The translations under genes and the position numbers were made by a program. A DNA stretch of 62,119 nt, the filler included, from Pirum gemmata (taxonomy: Eukaryota), in assembly GCA_002812295.1 (NCBI GenBank). It is 22 parts of 22 records of this genome, joined end to end, with 100 filler letters (N's around TTAATTAATTAA, not from the genome) between each part and the next. Parts side by side here need not be neighbours in the genome. Positions count along the whole stretch, not along the records: positions 59,481 to 62,119 come from PDIN01005349.1; 21 more parts are not named here. One strand, given 5' to 3'. Under the pieces are notes generated by a model. It had not been told where the DNA came from. It saw nothing but the letters and a program-made list of their open reading frames with translations, and ran no database searches. Shown here one piece after another: positions 60,831 through 62,119 of this stretch (position 1 is its first letter; the number at the start of each line of letters is the position of its first letter).

Positions 60831-61775
60831 TGTAGCCTCCTAAATATAGTACTATGATACTTTCTAAATAAAGTTGCTATATGTGATAACCTAAACCTAT
60901 ACGGGTGCGTAGTTTTCTAAATATAATAGTAATTTTCAAATACGGATGATATAAAACATTTGTATCACTCTGCTCTCTCCGAAACCTTAGGGAATAAAAG
61001 CTGAATAAACCTATCATTATAGTTCATTTAGTGTTTATTTCATAATGATACAGCCAAACTTGGAAAGCTGGATATAGAAATCATTTTTTTATCATTTTTT
61101 TTTATTATTGATTACTATTATAGACTGGATGCATTTCCTGAATGCATTTCTGTAGTTTTACAGCCTTTTACAGCAATGGTGAAAAAAAAAAACAAAAAAA
61201 AAAAAAAATAAAAACAAAAATGATATGGCAATGGTAATCAATATAGTAATAGTAATAGTAATGGTAATAGTATCATAATAGTAATAATAATGGTAATGGT
61301 AATGGTAATGGTAATGGTAATGGCAATGGTAATATAGTTATATGTAACGGTGATGTCACGTGTAACGGTGATATCACGTGCAAAGGTGATTTGCAAATCG
61401 AGAATAGTTTAAATATATATATATAAATAAATAGGTTAGTAGCAAATTGCGATCACCAATATTAAAATATGCTTGTGTACTTTAAATTATAATATTGTTG
61501 TGATTATAAAACAACTAATTTTGAATTGAAATTGAACGTACATATCCAGTACATAAGCTTTTTAAAAAAATTATTGATTATATACTCTTAGTCAAACTAG
61601 AGTCTTATTAGTTGGAGATATGGTTGACAAGAGTTTACAAAAAGTTTGTATCTTTAAAAATAGTATGAGATATGGTTTACTAGCTTTTTTTTTTGAAAAA
61701 AAGAGTTTTCAAAAAGTTTGTAAACTAAAAAGCTAAAGCTGAAAAGATTATCATTCCGTTACTTGCATTGGTCGA

Positions 61776-61895
61776 TTTGAACTTGCAATATATGAGCGTT
61801 AAAACTAACACCAGTGGCCCAGTGCCCTGTCGTGCTTTGAACTTCAATATATGAGCGTTAAAACTAACACCAGTGGTCCAGTGCCCAGTCGTGCT
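61776..61895. repeat. ~59-bp tandem duplication
   Basis: tttgaactt(g)caatatatgagcgttaaaactaacaccagtgg(c/t)ccagtgccc(t/a)gtcgtgc occurs twice. Confidence 0.9.
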
Positions 61896-62119
61896 TAGAC
61901 TTCTCCGAATTCTGCCCCTAAAATTCGAAATTCTGCTTCTGCGTTCTGCTCCGAAAACCCCGAATTCTGCCGAGCAGAATTTCTGTTCGGTTCGGTCTGT
62001 TCGAAAATTTTTATTAATAAATACATAGGTTCGAAAAGTTCAAGCTTATATATTTATAATGTAATGTTTATTATGAATAATGTTGGAGCTTATATTATAT
62101 AAATAGTATTAATATTGTT

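Overview
This is very AT-rich, intron-containing eukaryotic DNA, and it is not one locus. It consists of 22 unrelated assembly pieces, mostly about 2.6 kb, concatenated with an artificial 100-bp spacer (44 N + TTAATTAATTAA + 44 N), so neighbourhood across spacers is meaningless. TTAGGG-type repeats, microsatellite-filled GT-AG introns and phosphotyrosine-motif-rich proteins suggest a unicellular opisthokont, possibly a holozoan such as an ichthyosporean (inference only). Gene fragments recovered by manual splicing are: a DEK-C + SWIB protein (Spp27/Uaf30-like), a NEDD4-type HECT ligase last exon, UTP10/HEATR1, glutathione synthetase, PGM3, an apparently complete RNase T2, a class 3 lipase, a GT11-like fucosyltransferase, a Ras-family GTPase, an ARID + PHD (KDM5-like) protein and two disordered Tyr-motif proteins. 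Non-coding DNA holds about eight short terminal-inverted-repeat (MITE-like) families, a LINE RT remnant, a tRNA-derived sequence, a ~100-bp satellite and many interstitial telomere-like arrays. Two patterns stand out. (1) Four unrelated genes are each followed by decayed copies of their own last codons ('3-prime echoes'), one copy inverted into a hairpin. (2) In both longer two-piece scaffolds a gene's exons appear in swapped order, most likely a scaffolding artefact but testable. Most ORFs in the supplied track are microsatellite translations.
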